From: a virus
Taxonomy: Duplodnaviria; Caudoviricetes
Length of the DNA stretch: 27,427 bases
Virus record (IMG/VR): IMGVR_UViG_3300037465_000435
Span: 1 to 27,427 of that record
Strand: one strand, 5' to 3'
The position numbers and the translations under genes were made by a program. Numbering within the stretch: the stretch's first letter is position 1; every line of letters starts with the position of its first letter. This document shows positions 24,551 through 27,427 of this stretch, piece after piece. Under the pieces are notes generated by a model. That model searched no databases, had not been told where the DNA came from, and worked only from the letters and a program-made list of their open reading frames with translations.

Positions 24551-26207
24551 GATGGCGCTGATGACGCAAAAAGAATTCGAGCGTGAGTTCGGAGATCTGC
24601 TTTCGAGGATTCGGAAGCAGACGACAACGTTTCCGAATGACACGACGGAGCGGAAGCTCGCGCGGATCAAGCGCGCCCAGGTCGATAAGCTCTTCTTCGC
24701 GGTCACCTACTTCCCGCACTACATCCAAGTTTCGGAGGCGTTCCGCGAGTGCTGGAAGGACCCCGCCGGCAAGTACGATTGGGTGGCGGCCGGGTTCGCT
24801 CCGTTCCACGCCGAGTTGTTCAGGACCGCCGGCCTGCTCGATGTCTTCTCCATTGTGGCCGGTTTTCGTGAGTCGGCGAAGGACACGCTTCTCGGCAAGA
24901 TCGATGTCATCCACAAGATCGTGTTCGGCGATCGCTGGTTCATTCCCATCATTGCACGCACGGAGACGAAGGCCGAGACGAAGGTCATTCCCATTCGCCT
25001 GGAACTCGAAGAGAACTTGCGGCTCCGGAACGATTTCGGTGAACTGAAGGGATCGGTCGAGTGGGAGTTCGGATCGATCATCACAAAGACCGGTCGAAAG
25101 GTGAAGGGTTATGGCCGGGACCAGTCCCTCCGCGGTGAAGAGAACATGGGCCATCGGCCGGACTACCTGATGATCAACGACGTGAACGATCCGATGCTTC
25201 CCGATAGTCCAGGACAGGTCGCCAAGTATGTGGATGCCATCAAACAGACGGCGCTCAAGTCGGTCAACTCGCCCAGGTGGGGCGGGGTTATGCTCTGCAA
25301 CTGGACCGTGAAGGGCGACATCGTCGATGAGATGATCGCAGGCAAGAACACCGCTCATTTCAACAAGCTCATCGTGCGCGCACTGGTTCCGAACGAGAAG
25401 CGGACGAAGGAAGAGCGTGCGATTGCCAAAGCCTGCCGCGATGCCGGCTTCAAAGAAGACGAGCGTTCGGCCTGGGAGACACGCCACCCGACGGTGCGCC
25501 TGTTGCGGGATCAGAAGCAGGATCCGGATGTCTTTGATGCCGAAATGATGATGCGTCCCAGGAGCCGGAAGGATCAGCGTTTCAAGGACAGCTTCTTCCG
25601 ATTCCACGTCAGGGAGGATCTCGCCGGCCGGTCGTATGTGGCCTACACATTCGTGGATCCAAGCGCGAAGGAGGCTGGCGACTACAAGTCCGTCATCACA
25701 ATTGGAGTGGGACTGAATGCAGACGGAATGTTGCACCTGCCGATCCTCCGTTGTTCGATCCAGCAACAGTCGATCGACGACATGATGCTCGAGACCTATC
25801 GGCATCGACAGACCTACAGATCTAAGATCGTCGGCGTCGAGTCGAACGGCTTTCAAATCTTGCTCAAACGGGAGTATCTCAGACTGCAGCGAAAGCATGG
25901 CCCACTGCCGTTCCTTGAGGTGACGCATACCGGCGAAAGCAAAGAGAGCAGGATCGAGCGTATCGTGCCGTTTGTGAAGGAAGGAACGATCACCTTTGAC
26001 CGGGAAGACCCGGACCAGGAACTCCTGATCAGACAGCTGAAGGCGTTTCCAAATGCTGGCAACGTGAGTTCGGGAGGCTTGGGCGACGACGGCCCGGATG
26101 CACTCGCCGGCGCCGTCGAACTTGTTGAAGTCTATCCGCGCGCGACCGATGTAGGCTATGAAAGCCTTGGCCGGCGAGCGGCCGTCTTCGAAAGGGGGGC
26201 GTGGTGA
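24543..26207 (+). CDS. terL: Terminase large subunit
   Basis: ATPase-like N-half (FRESAKDT, LRG...RPDYLMIND) and RNase H-like C-half (FVDPSA, VESNGFQ, KESRI, FP...DDGPDALAGA). Confidence 0.9.
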   Translation: MAEMALMTQKEFEREFGDLLSRIRKQTTTFPNDTTERKLARIKRAQVDKLFFAVTYFPHYIQVSEAFRECWKDPAGKYDWVAAGFAPFHAELFRTAGLLDVFSIVAGFRESAKDTLLGKIDVIHKIVFGDRWFIPIIARTETKAETKVIPIRLELEENLRLRNDFGELKGSVEWEFGSIITKTGRKVKGYGRDQSLRGEENMGHRPDYLMINDVNDPMLPDSPGQVAKYVDAIKQTALKSVNSPRWGGVMLCNWTVKGDIVDEMIAGKNTAHFNKLIVRALVPNEKRTKEERAIAKACRDAGFKEDERSAWETRHPTVRLLRDQKQDPDVFDAEMMMRPRSRKDQRFKDSFFRFHVREDLAGRSYVAYTFVDPSAKEAGDYKSVITIGVGLNADGMLHLPILRCSIQQQSIDDMMLETYRHRQTYRSKIVGVESNGFQILLKREYLRLQRKHGPLPFLEVTHTGESKESRIERIVPFVKEGTITFDREDPDQELLIRQLKAFPNAGNVSSGGLGDDGPDALAGAVELVEVYPRATDVGYESLGRRAAVFERGAW

Positions 26208-26482
26208 AAGCCCGCATCAAAGCGTTCATCATTGCGACGATCTCGCTATTCACGAAGGTCCGGTTTGGACGTCGCTATCGCGCTCGACTGGACATGAAAT
26301 GGCGAGGTCACAGGCTGTTGGTCGGTGCCCTGCAAATGTTGTTCGACGTTCGCATTTCGCCCGACGGCTCACTGTGGCTGGAATTGCGACGGAATCTCCG
26401 TCGTAGAAGGGCAAAGAAACACCTGCGGAGACTGCGTCACCATGCGCGGCCGCATCCCAGTCGACCACCTACTATCGCTTAG
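26201..26482 (+). CDS. Hypothetical basic protein
   Basis: Fills the gap between terL and the methylase. Confidence 0.5.
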   Translation: MVKARIKAFIIATISLFTKVRFGRRYRARLDMKWRGHRLLVGALQMLFDVRISPDGSLWLELRRNLRRRRAKKHLRRLRHHARPHPSRPPTIA

Positions 26483-26484
26483 GC

Positions 26485-27381
26485 ATGCAGAAGCTCTTCG
26501 CGTACCCAGGGGGCAAGTGGCCGATCAGAAATCTGATCGTCGGCCAATTCCCCTCGCACCAGACATTCGTGGACGTCTTTGGCGGTTCAGCCGCCATCCT
26601 CCTCACCAAGGAGCCTTCGAAAGGAGAGGTCTTCAATGACGCGAATCAGGAGATTGTCAACTTCTTTCGCGTCGTGAAGCACCGTCCAGCGGAGCTCGCC
26701 GAACGATCCCGGCACTGGATTCACTCTCGCCAGATGTGGTCAGAGATCAAGGCGGTGCCGACACCGGTCGACGAAGTCGAACGCGCGTTCCGGTTCTGGG
26801 CGCTTGTCGTTGATTCCTTCGGCGCCACGGGAGACAGTTTCGGAACGACGCGAAGCGGAGTGCGTTCGGTCACCCGAGCGCGTGCGCACCTGACACTCGT
26901 GGCCGATCGCCTAAAGGACGTTCACATCGAGAACCTCGACTTCCGGAAATGCATCCGGCTCTACGACGGACCGGACACGTTCTTTTATCTCGATCCGCCA
27001 TACCGGGGAACGACGGGCGGGGACTCGCACTATGACACTCTTCCAGACGAGGCCTGGCTCGAAATGCGCGACCTTCTGAAATCCATTGAGGGTCGGTTCT
27101 TGCTCTCGCACACAGACGATGCGTTCGTTTGCAGGCTGTTCGACGGCTTCAGTATTAGACGAATTCAGGTCCGCGTCAGCCTGTCCCGAAAGAAGGCCGG
27201 GCAGATGAGAAGTGAAGTTCTTATCAGCAACTATCCCTTGGCAAGGTCACTGAAGAATCACCAACGAAGAGAAGGAGACAGAGGTGCGGCGCCATCGGCG
27301 GAGCTTTCGGGGAAGGCTGTTCACAGACCGTCCATCCGTTCCAAGCTGGAGCGAGCCCGTGTCCATCTGGATCGTCGGTAA
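26485..27381 (+). CDS. Dam-like (D12 class) DNA adenine methyltransferase
   Basis: YPGGK, DVFGGS, EVFND, YLDPPY and EVLISNY motifs. Confidence 0.93.
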   Translation: MQKLFAYPGGKWPIRNLIVGQFPSHQTFVDVFGGSAAILLTKEPSKGEVFNDANQEIVNFFRVVKHRPAELAERSRHWIHSRQMWSEIKAVPTPVDEVERAFRFWALVVDSFGATGDSFGTTRSGVRSVTRARAHLTLVADRLKDVHIENLDFRKCIRLYDGPDTFFYLDPPYRGTTGGDSHYDTLPDEAWLEMRDLLKSIEGRFLLSHTDDAFVCRLFDGFSIRRIQVRVSLSRKKAGQMRSEVLISNYPLARSLKNHQRREGDRGAAPSAELSGKAVHRPSIRSKLERARVHLDRR

Positions 27382-27427
27382 GATTGCGGGATCGTCGTGG
27401 GAGTTCCAGGGGACGTTCACGACAGAG

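Larger units (their letters stand above)
1..27427. mobile_element. Mu-like transposable prophage/phage (interior, siphovirus-type tail), extends beyond both window edges
   Basis: MuA-like DDE transposase next to MuB-like ATPase, GemA-like, gpI, gpT, gp36, gpG, gp37 and terminase genes. No tail sheath gene in the tail module. Confidence 0.95.

Noticed and set aside
24447-25928. 493-aa minus-strand ORF
   Set aside because: Antisense shadow of terL, typical of high-GC coding DNA, with no motifs.
27416-27427. TTCACGACAGAG resembles the start of leader copy 2 (TTCACGACATAG), a possible third cassette
   Set aside because: Only 12 nt before the window ends and no matching promoter upstream. It needs flanking sequence.
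1-27427. CRISPR array, tRNA, reverse transcriptase/DGR, tail sheath, phage ends
   Set aside because: No regularly spaced repeats, cloverleaf, RT motifs, sheath gene or host junction were found by eye.

Overview
The whole window is the interior of a transposable (Mu-like) prophage or phage with a non-contractile tail. No genome ends are visible. The early and immunity region is central: an ImmA-like HExxH protease, an XRE repressor, a Ner/Cro-like gene, a CII-like gene, a MuA-like DDE transposase, a MuB-like ATPase, a GemA-like gene and several winged-helix genes. Two late operons point away from it. The leftward operon runs HNH-AP2, GH73 endolysin, holin-like, gpI protease/scaffold, head decoration, gpT capsid, gp36, gpG, gp37, two tail-tube paralogues, a frameshifting chaperone, tape measure and a tail protein. 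The rightward operon runs small and large terminase and a Dam-like methylase. The most notable signal is that both late operons start with the same cassette, about 12 kb apart and on opposite strands: a sigma70-like promoter, a 52-nt leader that is 47/52 identical between copies, and a long hairpin that buries a Shine-Dalgarno sequence. This suggests RNA-based antitermination or attenuation control of late genes instead of Mu's Mor/C activator. Other oddities are signal-peptide/membrane-anchor extensions on both capsid proteins, a duplicated tail tube with an inserted CBM-like domain, a candidate HEPN-TM defence module and a truncated methylase-Mrr gene. All family calls come from motif recognition by eye; no database searches or folding programs were run.
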